The position numbers and the translations under genes were made by a program. Below are positions 52,023 through 64,000 of a DNA stretch of 64,000 nt, piece after piece. The DNA comes from Eledone cirrhosa (taxonomy: Eukaryota). The notes beneath the pieces were generated by a model that had not been told where the DNA came from, did no database searches, and saw only the letters and a list, made by a program, of their open reading frames with translations. The DNA is taken from positions 31,124,001 to 31,188,000 of the forward strand of contig OZ024743.1 of assembly GCA_964016885.1 (NCBI GenBank). Direction: 5' to 3'. Numbering within the stretch: the stretch's first letter is position 1; each line of letters opens with the position of its first letter.

Positions 52023-53662
52023 AACAATATGCATTATATTTCATTCTCCACCAGCCGTAAAAACATAGACAAGTACACATTAAAAATATTCTAAAGGTGG
52101 CGGCAACAGTCATTAATATGACTCGTAACCGTTAGCACCCTATTGAGTCGCAATCCATACTGAAAAATAAATGTGCCATTTCATTAAGAAAATTTGCTGA
52201 AACCAGTGTTGCGACACTCATTGTCAGTAGTCTAATAATGTATTTGTCACAGGCAAGATTTTGAAACTTCTGTCAAATTTCATAAACTTTGAATATCAAG
52301 TCTGATGTACGTATTATTTTGTTTCCAACCGCCCTCATACTTATATGTTTATTCTAGTGTGCGCTTACATAATTTCGAGAATATTTTAGTGTTGGTTTTA
52401 CTGGTGAAGGAGAAGCCCAAGGCGACACTATTTTCTTGCATACCAAACCAATAAGAAGGAACGTAAAAAAAAAAGAAAAAAACAGAAAGCAAACTCATAC
52501 AAACCAAACTACGAAAGAAAACTTATTTTACCAGCAATCGGATTTTTCGATACGTAACATCATACGTATGTCATTATCAATTTTACAAAATTGCCGTATT
52601 AATCACGATATTATGTAATTTAGCCCCACTGCAGTTATTAAATGCAAACTCAGTGGTAATTTGACATCGCATGCAATGACTTAATTGAGAGAATATAATA
52701 ACGACACTATTTCTTGCGGGTAAAATGATAAATTGAACAATACTATTAATCAACATTTCTGATTAACATTTTTTAACATTTTTTAACACATAAAATGAAA
52801 TCGATTCAACAGTATTTTTTTTTATTATTTAATTTTGCTACATACATATCTTATTTTTTTTATTTTAAGCTATGTTAGAAATGAGTTGCAATTTTAATTA
52901 CACATTTTACCAATAGCACTAGCGTTATGTAAATGAAGTAATTTGAATTTCACCAGGGAATCAAATCACGCACATATACTGCCCACAGCGTTCCTCTGGT
53001 TCTACGATGTCCATATCATTTTTGATTAGCTGTTTGCAATCATCTTTATAAAATAATAGTTATTATGCCATACAGACTTCAGGGATTATAGAAATACAAG
53101 CTGCAATGTTTGAGTATTTCCAAAATGTATTGAGAAACTTGTTGAAGCCTTACATAGAAAACATAAAAAATTTGACTACCCAGTTTAATTTCCAGGAAAC
53201 TACATTCTTCTGTATTTTGATCATGTATATCCAGACCATTTTCATCTCAGTTTAAATTAATAAATTTTCTTACTGGAACATTAATTAATATATGACAATT
53301 CCATTATGATCAAACTATTGTGCGATGTCAACACCAGCTGGTTAAAAAAATATGCTGAAATTACATATATTGTTCTGGAATATGTACCAATTAAATGTCT
53401 CAGTTACACATACATTTATGGAATATAATACATCAATATAACATTTATTGTAAAAAATAAAGAGTTTCCTATTCAATCAGAATCTATTTAAGGATATATT
53501 TCAAATAAACAATCCTTATGTAACTGCTGCAACTCAAATTCAGTGCTTAAAGGAAACGGAATGATACCGTAAATTCAATAAAGGAATAAATATATATTTG
53601 TTATTTAATACATATTGAGGATGCTCTGCTTCCTGAGCTGTAGAACTTAATAGATCAGATCA

Positions 53663-53785
<123 letters not shown>

Positions 53786-53842
53786 GTTCTGATCTATATG
53801 CATATATATATATATATATACATATATACATATGCATAAATA

Positions 53843-53962
<120 letters not shown>

Positions 53963-54219
53963 AACAATATATCGTTATAGGTAATTATGTGGTAATTTGA
54001 ATTTGTATACTTGCCGGTTACGCATATATTTATATTTTCTCTCAGTCTCTGAGGATATAATGGAGATAACATGTATTTTAAATTGAGTGGACCTACTTTC
54101 AGTGTTTACCAATTTTTAGACAACTCTATCTGTGAAACAATTGTTAGATTGTAAACAAAGATCCTTTTTTGTACTGTTGGTCATGTTATTCTCCACATGT
54201 TCAATTATATATATATATA

Positions 54220-54407
54220 AAGAACATAGATGAAATCGAAAATGCAACTGGAGTCTTATTTAAAATATATATATATATATTTATTTGGTTCCTTTACCGG
54301 TTTCGCAGTTCTTCTGCTTTTCCAATGTAGAGTTGAGATGGAGGGTCTGTGTTTTTTCTCACATCAGATTTCATCTTTTTCTTTATTCTTTCACTCGTGT
54401 AGGACAC
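54220..54407. mobile_element. P5 copy with short inverted segment
   Basis: Matches 44415-44560; 54367-54407 is an inverted copy of the terminus. Confidence 0.65.
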
Positions 54408-54569
54408 CTCGGTTATTTTTCGTTTTGTAAAATGACCACACTTTATAAGATATATATATAATAAAGTATATATCCCTACACGCAAAAAGCGTCTAGGGAC
54501 ACATGTATTGTCCAACCATATGCCATGTGGTTCAATGGCAGGTTAATAAATTAACGAGCCAGAACATAT

Positions 54570-55063
54570 ATAATCAATGTTTAGCAAATAAGAAAAAGTT
54601 TCAAAATAAATTTTAAAAATTCACCGTACTCACTATGATTACCTTTACCGAAACGGTTTCGAGTCTCAAAAATAAATGGACAGTCCGTGCGGCCTTCCAT
54701 TGAAAAGATAAACTCTCGTCAGAAGGTTCTTTTCACTCGGAGAATATAATATTTCTGAGTTCAAATTACGAACTGGCGCTATTCAAAATTGTTCCCGAGA
54801 TGAGAATGAATGATGTGGAATCAATTCTGTCCAGTGCCGTGTGTAAAGATAGAAGCAGAGGCAGGGAGGTCAGTCTACTACCACTATAAATAGCAGCAGT
54901 CAGAACGACCAAATTTTATATCGACCAAGAGTGAAAAGAACCTTCTGACGAGAGTTTATCTTTTCAATGGAAGGCCGCAAGGATTGTCCATTTATTTTTG
55001 AGACTCGAAACCGATTCGAAACTTATTTTGAAACTTTTTTTCTTATTTGCTAAACCTTGATTA
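54570..55063. mobile_element. Family P6 inverted-repeat PLE-like terminus with ~180 bp spacer
   Basis: Arms ~54570-54738 and ~54929-55063, next to TA repeats. Confidence 0.7.
54641..54727 (-). ncRNA. Type I hammerhead ribozyme with extended stem II (P6)
   Basis: Reverse complement is ACCTT-CTGACGA-GAGTTT...AGACTC-GAAA-CCG-TTT-CGG-TA-AAGGT. Confidence 0.75.
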
Positions 55064-55064
55064 C

Positions 55065-55095
<31 letters not shown>

Positions 55096-55122
55096 GGTGA
55101 CGTTTTTTTTACAAAAGGAAGG

Positions 55123-55283
55123 TGTCCTATACGAGTGAAAGTGTAAGGAAAAAACATAAAATCGAAAATGTAACTGGAGTCTTTTTCTTTTTAAATATAT
55201 TTATTTGATTCATCTACCGGTTTCGCAGTTCTTGTGCTTTTCAAAAGTAGAATTGCGATGGAGGGCGTTCGTTTTCCTCGCAT
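55123..55283 (-). mobile_element. P5 single-arm copy
   Basis: Homologous to 44390-44560; keeps TTGAAAAGCA.AAGAACTGCGAAACCGGTA on the minus strand. Confidence 0.6.
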
Positions 55284-55342
55284 ATATATACATATCTATA
55301 TATAAATAAATAAATATATATATATATATATATAAACGATAA

Positions 55343-55660
55343 AGACACCCTTCGGCTAGGAATGACCATGGGATTTGCACCTAGAACGTTCCCCTCTATG
55401 GCGCAAGTCCGGATAAATTGTATTTGTGGAAGATCAGTAGCCGCCTTTGCATAACTGTTTCTCCTCTTACGTCACCGATGTTGAACAAAGGAATAGCAAT
55501 GGCAATACAGCTTAGTCCCATTGACATCGCAATAAATGTCTCTAGCTGAGTAAACTGGAGCAATAAAAGTTATTGTTCATACGCGTCACTCGGCCATGGA
55601 CCCATACTCACAACTTCAGATTTGCAGGCCCATCGCTCTGACCACAAAGCCATGTGCCTT
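55343..55660 (-). mobile_element. tRNA-derived SINE related to S2
   Basis: 3' part GAATGACCATGGGATTTGC is the reverse complement of the S2 3' end; minus-strand head ATGGCTTTGTGGTCAGAG. Confidence 0.55.
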
Positions 55661-58423
55661 ACCACATACATACACAGATACATACACACACATACACATA
55701 CACATACATATACACATACACACAGACGTGCACATTAAGGTAAGGAAAAATGAAAGAATAGCATATAATATATCAGTGTATTTAAATTCATTATATTGTG
55801 CACATTTCAAAGTCATATAAACGTGATATGCCTCTCTTCGAATAGATGTTTCCACCACAGATGCCACAACAGATTGTCGAAATAAATGAATAATTAAACT
55901 AATAAGTAAATAAATTGATATTTATATATGTTTGCGTGCATGTATGCAAATGAGAACGGCAAAAATTAAAAAAATACAATCAGGAAATATATTAGTTTAA
56001 CCTTTTATACATGATGAAAGATTTGTACACTAAGCTTTTATGGGAAGATAGAATTGGAAATATATTTGAATGAGAAAAATATTGCATCAGAAGTGAAATG
56101 AAGGGAATGAGACATTTTACTAAAACGTATTTGTGTATTCAGTCTGCCGTTTTGGAGAATATATACGAACACTAATTGACACCATTCATAACAAAATTCG
56201 GATAGAAAAAGTAGAAAATGTTTTGTGCAGATTACTTGGAAGGCAATACCTTTTGGCGGAGAGATAGCTGCCATCACCACTGACCGTTGTATTATCAAGT
56301 TAATGCTATTATTTCCTAAAGTTAAAAATCTAGCACCATTTTAAGCGGTCGTTTTACATATGATTACTGATATAAAATTCTGAGCGGACGATAACTATTT
56401 CGAAGCTAAACGTTCACATTATATTAACAAGGCTTTATCTTTGAAACATACATATGGCTTCGCTGATAAAACAAAATAAAAACTAATACGAAGTTGATAT
56501 ACATAAACATAATCAACAATTGCTTAATAATATCGCTATTAACACCTACATTAATAACAATAAAGTTAGATATCTCGCTAAAACTTAAAGCTAGATGAAA
56601 GTACAGAATATTCAGCCGAACTGTGTAGGATCGTATCAATGACTTTAATTACAAGCCCAGTTTCAGATAGATAAACCCCACAAGAACAGAGATAGGATTA
56701 GACATTGAGAAGATACTAAGCTATATAAATAATCGTCCTAGCAATAAAGCCAACCGATTACAATGGAGTAGTAACTCTTCAGTAATATATGAGTTTGATA
56801 ATATCACCGATAATATTAAAGCTATATTCGTACAATTTGACATCATGGAAAATACTTTTGTATTTATTGTGCACTATTAGATAAAACTTTACACATTTCC
56901 TGCGCCACCACCCCAATCATTATTCAACAAATATATGTAATTTGGCATCCTGGAAAAAAAGAAATTCTGTTTTAAAATGACACTAATTAGCTTAAGCAAT
57001 CAAGCACGATCTAGGACACAAACGTGTTGCAGATAATTATACTATAATCCAATCCGTAATTTATCTCTGTTTCCAAGATACTTGCAGCCACCTAGTTCAA
57101 CATGTCCACAACAGATGAATGCAAATTGGCCTCAACGGCAAAGCTTACATGCGCATTTTTAATCGTATATATCTCTGAACAATGGCCGTGCCTAGACACA
57201 AAATTATTCTCGCACTCAGTTTTCATTCCTACAATGAGTTGGACTTTCATAAAGTTTTAAATTTAAACGACTCTTAAATATTCTTCTTGAGAGTTGTCTG
57301 CATCAATTAGTCTTAAGACTGCTCACATCTCTTCACAGCATATTCTGTGACCTGAGTAATGAAAACAGTACATCAAACACTTATTACGCCATATTCGAAG
57401 CAAGAATTTAAAGAATTGATTATAAACACAGGTATCCATCATGCCTATTTCATTTGTGTCTTTTTGGCGCGGGATCAATTCAAAATTATTCCTGATATAC
57501 ACGCACATTCCTCCTCAGAAATTTAAGCTTCCGCAATTAATACATTGAATTACGAGAACATGTAAGGTTCCTAAAAACTATATTATGTTTTAACCACTAC
57601 AGTGCACCCACTGACTCTTTACAAATATTCGAAAAATCATGATGCCTCTCATAAACAAACAAGTCGTTATCACATTGTATTTTAAGTAAATATAAGTTAT
57701 AACTGCCTGAAAAACAGGATGTTCTAACTACATGTTTGTCTCTCCTGATGCTCAATAGAAGTGAAAGAAATATTGTGATATATGTGATCATCAAGACTTT
57801 CAACTTTGTCATGTATGAAAACATTTCGTGCGTATATTCTCTATATTCTTAATATTAATATCTTCCATTAGTCAACACAAGTCAAATATTCTTATAGGTT
57901 TGATCATCAAAATGTTCAACTCTGTCTCATATGAGAATATATAAGCTAGTTATATGCATATATTAAATTCACATATTCCTTTCATAATTACATCTTTATC
58001 CAATATATTGCATATTAATACATTATTTACAGAAAGGCGTATTTCTAGGGGACTGATATCACAATGCATGCCGTTGACACACAACTAAACACACTTTTGG
58101 TAAATAGCTAGGCAGAGAAATATACTCTAGTGGATATATGACAAAGTAACCAATATACATTTATTGCTCATATCAATGAAACTGTCTTGCACAATACGTA
58201 TGGTTAAAAGTCATCATCCCAAGTGGAAAACACATCACCACAATACCACATATCGAAATTTACAAAACCTCTGCAAATGCTAATGTTCACATATATATAT
58301 ATATATAGTGTCTAACGTATTTCGAAATATTTACTTCTACTTTAACAGATTGCTTTTTTGAGTTGCAAAAGAGCCCGTTAAGGGTGAAAGCAGTGATTAT
58401 TTGCATAAACTTTAATCTGTTAT

Positions 58424-58475
<52 letters not shown>

Positions 58476-58554
58476 ATTGAAGTTTCCGATAATAATTGAA
58501 AAAGTCATAGGAGTGAAAAGTGCTCTATGTAAGTTGCAAAGCTAAATTTAATGT

Positions 58555-61490
58555 ATAATAAACAATACAATATAATTACCTCATTACCAGGGATTTCCCG
58601 AATAAGACGAATACAAGAAACGTCCTCCTTCGTTCGTGAGACAAGGCAATTTAAAGCATGGTGAAATATTTTAAAAATCCCCTCAAGAAAGACAAAAGTT
58701 TACGGGCAAAAAATATATATAAATAAAAGTAATGCAAGAGATATATGAAAATAAAATAAGGAAATATAGTAAGGCTCTATGTATAAACGTGTGTATATGC
58801 ACCTACAAATGTACATATGTGTGTATGTAGAAATGCATGTGTATAGTGAAAAAATGTGTGCGTAAGTACATACATGAGCGAAAGCATATCGGTGTATGTG
58901 TGACCATAAATACGTATATAATATATGTTGAAAAAACAAATTGTAAGATAATAGAGTTAGCATACATACAGACCCGGGGACTAAGGATTGAAATATATAC
59001 ACATGCAAGTATGAAAGCACGCGTATAATCACACGCACACACGCAACCACATACATGCATGTGATATATACAGGGAAGGGAATGTATCAGTCAAAGCAGT
59101 GTTAGGCTGAAGGTCGATACATATATAAACATATATAATATGAACATATAAAAACATAAGTATATAAAAACATTTAATATAAAAATACACATACACACAC
59201 ATATATACACATACACGCGCACATACGAATGCATTCGTATACATATACAAACACGTATACTCACATATGCACACTTACACGCATACACGCTTACAATATA
59301 AAAACCAGCCGTATGAATAAATGAGTAGAAATTATACATAAGTAAACATACATAAAAGCGGCTGTGGGACAACAGAATATATCTGGAGTTGAAAACGCAA
59401 GTGACATGTCATATCAGGTAGTGAAAGATAAGGGGGAAGTAAAATACGTAAAAATGTGAAAATATAAAGTTAGTGAATCAAATAGCACGGGGGGGGGGGG
59501 AGTCACTGGTGGATGTGAAGTAAAAATAAAGTTAAAAATAAAAATAAACGTAAATCAGAAAGAGAAATATGTAAAGAAGATAAGTTAAGGAAAGTGAAGA
59601 ACAAGAGTTTATGGAGGGTAAGTATCTGAAAGTGAGTTAAGTTTATATGAGCTGCAAAGCAAGTGTGATTTCTGTTTTTTGAAGTTAGGCAGGTTTTGGG
59701 ATATTTAAGGTTCTGTAAAATCCAATATTTTTCACTTATTCAGAGTGCGCATCTTCTTGTTCATCTTGCATATTCTTTAGATTGGTTCACAATTGACCAA
59801 TCTAAGTTATATTCGATACCTTGGTCTTTGAAATCCCATATTCTGCTAGCCAGAGCTGTTGTAAATCTTTTTTCATGATGTCGGAAAGATGCGACATGTG
59901 GGTAATAACGCGTTTTTAATATGTTTTGATATCGTTCGCTGGTGGCTGGTAGGTTGATGCTGGTGGTTGTCACTTTAGCCGCATATACAATGGCTTTGGT
60001 GTTGCATTTACCTTGCAATGGGCATTCACTTTTGACACTACAGGAGCAATTTTGATGTTCTCTGGGTATTTTCTTATTGAGGATAAAAGATTTAATAGGG
60101 GGACCGCGGGAGTAGCTGATTTTGACACAGTTTCTATTGAAGATATTATAGTATCTATGTGTTCTAGGGAAATGTTTATCTAAGAGCTCTAGGAATGTTT
60201 TGCCTGCATTAGTTTTAACTGCTAAAGAGTAGGGGGGTTTGAATCAGATTATTTTTCTTTTCCTATTATTATGTTTAAAGGAGTTAGTATTGTTGGGTAT
60301 GTACTTAATCGGTTCGGTAAATCCGCTATTTTGAAGGGCTTTATTATAGTAGGGGGATGCCTTATTGAAAATAGCTACTGAGGAAGAGAGGGTGGAGATC
60401 CTACGGCTAATATTAGGGATAAGATTTTTAAAAACTATAGGAGGATGGCAAAAGCCTTTATTTATATATTTAAAATTTTCATTAGGTTTATGGTACGGTT
60501 TATAAAAATCAGTGGACAGATCTAGTTTTATATCTAGAAAATTAACGTTAGAAAGGTTAGTGTCAATGGTAATTTTAAGATTAAATCTAGCGAATGTTTT
60601 TATTAAGTCTTTCCTGAATCTATCTAAGTTATGGCCTATAGTGGTATGGGAAAGTATTAGACCATCATCGCGATAAAGCCCAAAGGTATGGTTAGGGAAT
60701 TTCTCTTTAAGTGTGTGAAGGGAGAAGGGACTGACTAAATCACACACGTCAGCACTGTCAAAAGAACCCATTGAGACATCGAATGGGTTCTCTGAGTTAG
60801 ATTCTTTTAACCAAATGCCATTATTAATAAATAGTAAAGTGTTTCTAGCATGCAAAATGATATTCTCTTCAATATCAGAAATATTGATAAACTTTCTAGC
60901 GAAATGTAATGCTTTCGTTAACAGAGGGTGAGAAATAGACGGGTAGAAGTCTACAATGTCAAATTGGGTGAATCTAGAACCATTTTTATCTTTAATATTA
61001 TTAAACCAATGTACTAAAGAAGAGCTATTCATGCATTGGAGTACTTCAGACTTACTACTAATATGTTTGTTTATATTATTCAATATTTTTTTCATAGCAA
61101 AACCGATTTCAGTCTTAGCAGGGTAGATTAATCTACAACCAGGACGATTAATAAAATCAGGTTTGTGATCTTTGACGGTGATATAGGCATTGCGTTTAGC
61201 ACGTGTTTCTGTTCTATTGTCTATTTTTAAAAAAAATGCTAATTCTTTAGCTTGCTTATTAATAGTATTATAGGTGTTTATATTAGCTATTTGTCATTTA
61301 GATGTGATGTTATCTGTTAAGAGTTGGTCACGTTTTTCGCCCGTTAAACTTTTGCCTTCCTTGAGGAGATTTTTCAAATATTCCACTATGTTTTAAATTG
61401 CCTTGTCTACGAACGAATGGGGACGTTTCTTGTATTCGTCTTATTCGGGAAACCTCTGGTAGTGAGGTAATTATATTGTATTGTTTGTTA
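58555..61490 (-). mobile_element. Penelope-like element (C-terminal GIY-YIG), 5'-truncated with inverted pLTR piece
   Basis: 58555-58710 and 61330-61490 are inverted homologues flanking a minus-strand RT/EN pseudogene; ends in TA repeats. Confidence 0.85.
59610..61328 (-). pseudogene. PLE reverse transcriptase plus degenerate GIY-YIG endonuclease
   Basis: ITVKDHKP..CRLIYPAK, FDIVDFYPSI, MGSFDSADVCDLV, GLYRDDGL, NFLDIKLDL, linker CSCSVKSECPLQGKC, AIVYAAKV..KTRYYPH; several in-frame stops. Confidence 0.88.
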
Positions 61491-61765
61491 TATATATATA
61501 TTAATATGTATCCCATTTTCAACAACGCACCACGCAAATTTTCATTCATATTTTTCCCTCCGCTGTGACCGAACATTTATTATAATGTTCGATTTCAGCC
61601 GTACTAAGGGTGAGAAATGAAATTTCGTTTGATTCTTTTCCATTTATCGTTTTCGGCACGCCCGGCCGACTAACTCCCTCGATATGCAAATTAGGCTGCT
61701 CAACCGTTAATATGCATATGGAAAGTATGCACTTTCAAACGTTCAATCATCTGATAGGAAGGCAT

Positions 61766-61808
61766 ACGATGCTGACGATAGCTAATAAGCTTGAAACTAG
61801 TACATTGT
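61766..61808 (+). ncRNA. Minimal type I hammerhead ribozyme (P4)
   Basis: ACGATG-CTGACGA-TAGCTAATAAGCTT-GAAAC-TA-GTA-CATTGT. Confidence 0.8.
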
Positions 61809-62263
61809 TCTTGTGCCAGTGTTGAACAAAAGTGCGACAATGGTTTCCTAGCACTGTACGGCGTAATTCAGGCTGTTTCTTTAGATATGTTAGCTTTTGT
61901 GCTCCACATATATGAATTTGAATGTGTGAACTCATGTAAGTTGCTAATAATAATAAATTATAATAAATTATAATAAAAATTCGGTAAACCCATACGTACA
62001 TATATATATATGTGTGCATGCATGCATATATATACATACTACTGTGCGTCTGTACACATATATGTATGTACGTATACATACTTATATTTAGGTGTCAGCC
62101 GTACTAAGAGTGACAAATGAAATTTCGTTTCATTCTTTTCCATTTATCGTTTTCGGCACGCCCCGCCGACTAACTCACTCGATATGCAAATTAGGCTGCT
62201 CAGCCGTTAATATGCATAATGTAAGTATATACTTTCAAACGTTCAATCATCTGACAGAATATA

Positions 62264-62304
62264 CGATGCTGACGATGGCTAATAGGCTTGAAACTAGTAC
62301 ATCG
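62264..62304 (+). ncRNA. Minimal type I hammerhead ribozyme (P4)
   Basis: CGATG-CTGACGA-TGGCTAATAGGCTT-GAAAC-TA-GTA-CATCG. Confidence 0.8.
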
Positions 62305-62522
62305 CTCCTGTGTCAGTGTTGAACAAAAGGTCGACGATGGTTGCCGAGCATTGTACGTTGTAAATAGGGTTGTTTGTTTACAAACAAAGCGAACATTATA
62401 ATAATTGTTCAGTAAATCCATACGTACATATATATATATATATATATGTGTGCATGTATGTATATATATACATACTACTGTGCGTCTGTACACATATTTA
62501 TGTACGTATACATATATATTTA

Positions 62523-62642
<120 letters not shown>

Positions 62643-62689
62643 TAATTATATATTCGTGTACAGATATTTTTCCATAGACAATAACAAAA

Positions 62690-63055
62690 TAAAAAGAAAC
62701 GTATTTATTTCACGAGGCTCGATAAGGATAAATATATATGAAATATATAAGAACCCTAGAGCAAATATCGTTATCATTGCTGACAAGGCAGAAGGGGATA
62801 TACACGATTGGCTGAAGAAGGACGAGACTGTGTTAGTAGTACGACCAACGGCCGCTATTACACCAACAGCAGTAAAAACAACAACAAAAAAGAGAGGGAA
62901 CGCATTATATGCTTTTGAAAAATCTTAATGGAAAATGATTTGCCTATTCACCCAAGGCGACTTCACTTTTTATTAGGACTTCTGTTTCAGAAAGGAGGGA
63001 TAAACATGCCAATCAATGTTTAGAATCCCGAGCAACGCCGGGCCATTCTGCTAGT
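62690..63055 (+). mobile_element. Helitron-like 3' end fragment
   Basis: GC hairpin CCCGAGCAACGCCGGG followed ~8 nt later by CTAG|T; left boundary uncertain. Confidence 0.5.
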
Positions 63056-63056
63056 T

Positions 63057-63300
63057 CTATATATTTTCAACAGTACTGTACTATATATTTTCAAAAGTAC
63101 TTTATTATATATTTTCAACAGTAATACTATCCTATACTATATATTTTCAAAAGTAATACTATATTATACTATATATTTTCAACAGTAATACTATACTATA
63201 ATATATGTTTTCAACAGTCACACTATACTATACTATATATTTTCAACAGTAATACTATATAATAATACTATGCTATACTATAACAGTAATACTATACTAC
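63057..63300. repeat. AT-rich minisatellite (~25-35 bp unit)
   Basis: Recurring TATATATTTTCAACAGTAATACTATAC. Confidence 0.75.
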
Positions 63301-64000
63301 ACAGACGGCTTATCCTCTGTTTTACCAAGCGATGCTAGGTACGTCAGCTATATATATATGTATATCTGGATGCCCTAGAACACACCAATTTTAGTCGGAC
63401 GCCAGCCGGACGGGGCTGTTAGTGGTTTATAAATACGACGCGCTTCGTAACTGACTAATGTCACGTAATAATCGTTTTCAAAAATAGAGCATTTTATAAT
63501 TCATTTGCATTCACCTTCTTCATAAATCCTCTATCATGAAATAATTTAAGTGTTCAACTGAGGCGCTGAAAAATCGCCATGCCGATTGAACATCCACAGT
63601 TGGCCCAAGAATTTCATTTAATGTGGATGTAATAGTACCCGCACACATTGTCCAACTTCCTTATCCATCAAAACTTCCCATTTAATCCTGTAGGTCGAGC
63701 GGTACCAGCCAATTTTGTTAGCTTTCCTGGTAGTCATAGGTTTCAAATAACTAGATATTGATTAGTTGATAACAGCATGATAACAGCTCAGTCTCTCTTT
63801 GCAGACGAAGATCAAGCCCAGAATGAAAACAATCAGGGACAATAACAAAAGCAACTATCGATCTGTCCCCGACTCCTCTAAACCAATACAATTTTTGGTC
63901 ATGTGTGATCGTCTGTCTGCTTGTCTTTATCTCCATTTCACGATTGCTTACTATATCCTTGTAACAATTGCATTTATTTGTGCAGGATTCAGAAACGTCA

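Larger units (their letters stand above)
61593..62515 (+). mobile_element. Family P4, two diverged ~500 bp direct repeats, ORF-less
   Basis: TCAGCCGTACTAAG.GTGA.AAATGAAATTTCG at ~61594 and ~62095; homologous to 33561-34788. Confidence 0.8.

Noticed and set aside
59740-59742. In-frame TGA at the second Cys of the C-terminal CxxC (possible selenocysteine, as reported for Naiad PLEs)
   Set aside because: The ORF has other TGA stops at non-Cys positions (e.g. the conserved Trp at ~60244) and frameshifts, so decay is the simpler explanation; no SECIS was identified
63057-63300. Regularly spaced repeats resembling a CRISPR array
   Set aside because: Eukaryotic context with no unique spacers and no cas genes; it is a degenerate minisatellite

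Overview
AT-rich, microsatellite-dense animal genomic DNA. I found no host protein-coding gene; the tRNA-derived SINE families suggest an octopus/cephalopod (inference from recalled repeat sequences). The window is almost entirely retroelement-derived. (1) A ~21.6 kb head-to-tail array (6160-27780) of seven complete or partial R4/Dong-clade RLE non-LTR retrotransposons from two divergent lineages (A and B), joined by (TAA)n linkers. A and B share a homologous ~550 bp 5' UTR module. All three long A copies carry the same catalytic Asp->His change in RT motif A, and A2 is a recombinant of A3 (5') and A1 (3'). (2) At least six families of (TA)n-anchored fold-back or tandem Penelope-like termini, several with type I hammerhead ribozyme folds. 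These include ORF-less ~490-nt tandem units (retrozyme-like), a U3:A8 core variant and an extended-stem-II variant. (3) A degenerate Penelope-like element with RT and C-terminal GIY-YIG, carrying an inverted 5' pLTR piece. (4) A degenerate near-full-length RTE LINE, two RTE (Rex3/Expander-like) 3' fragments, many tRNA-SINEs, Helitron-like ends and minisatellites. All alignments and RNA folds were done by eye and boundaries are approximate.
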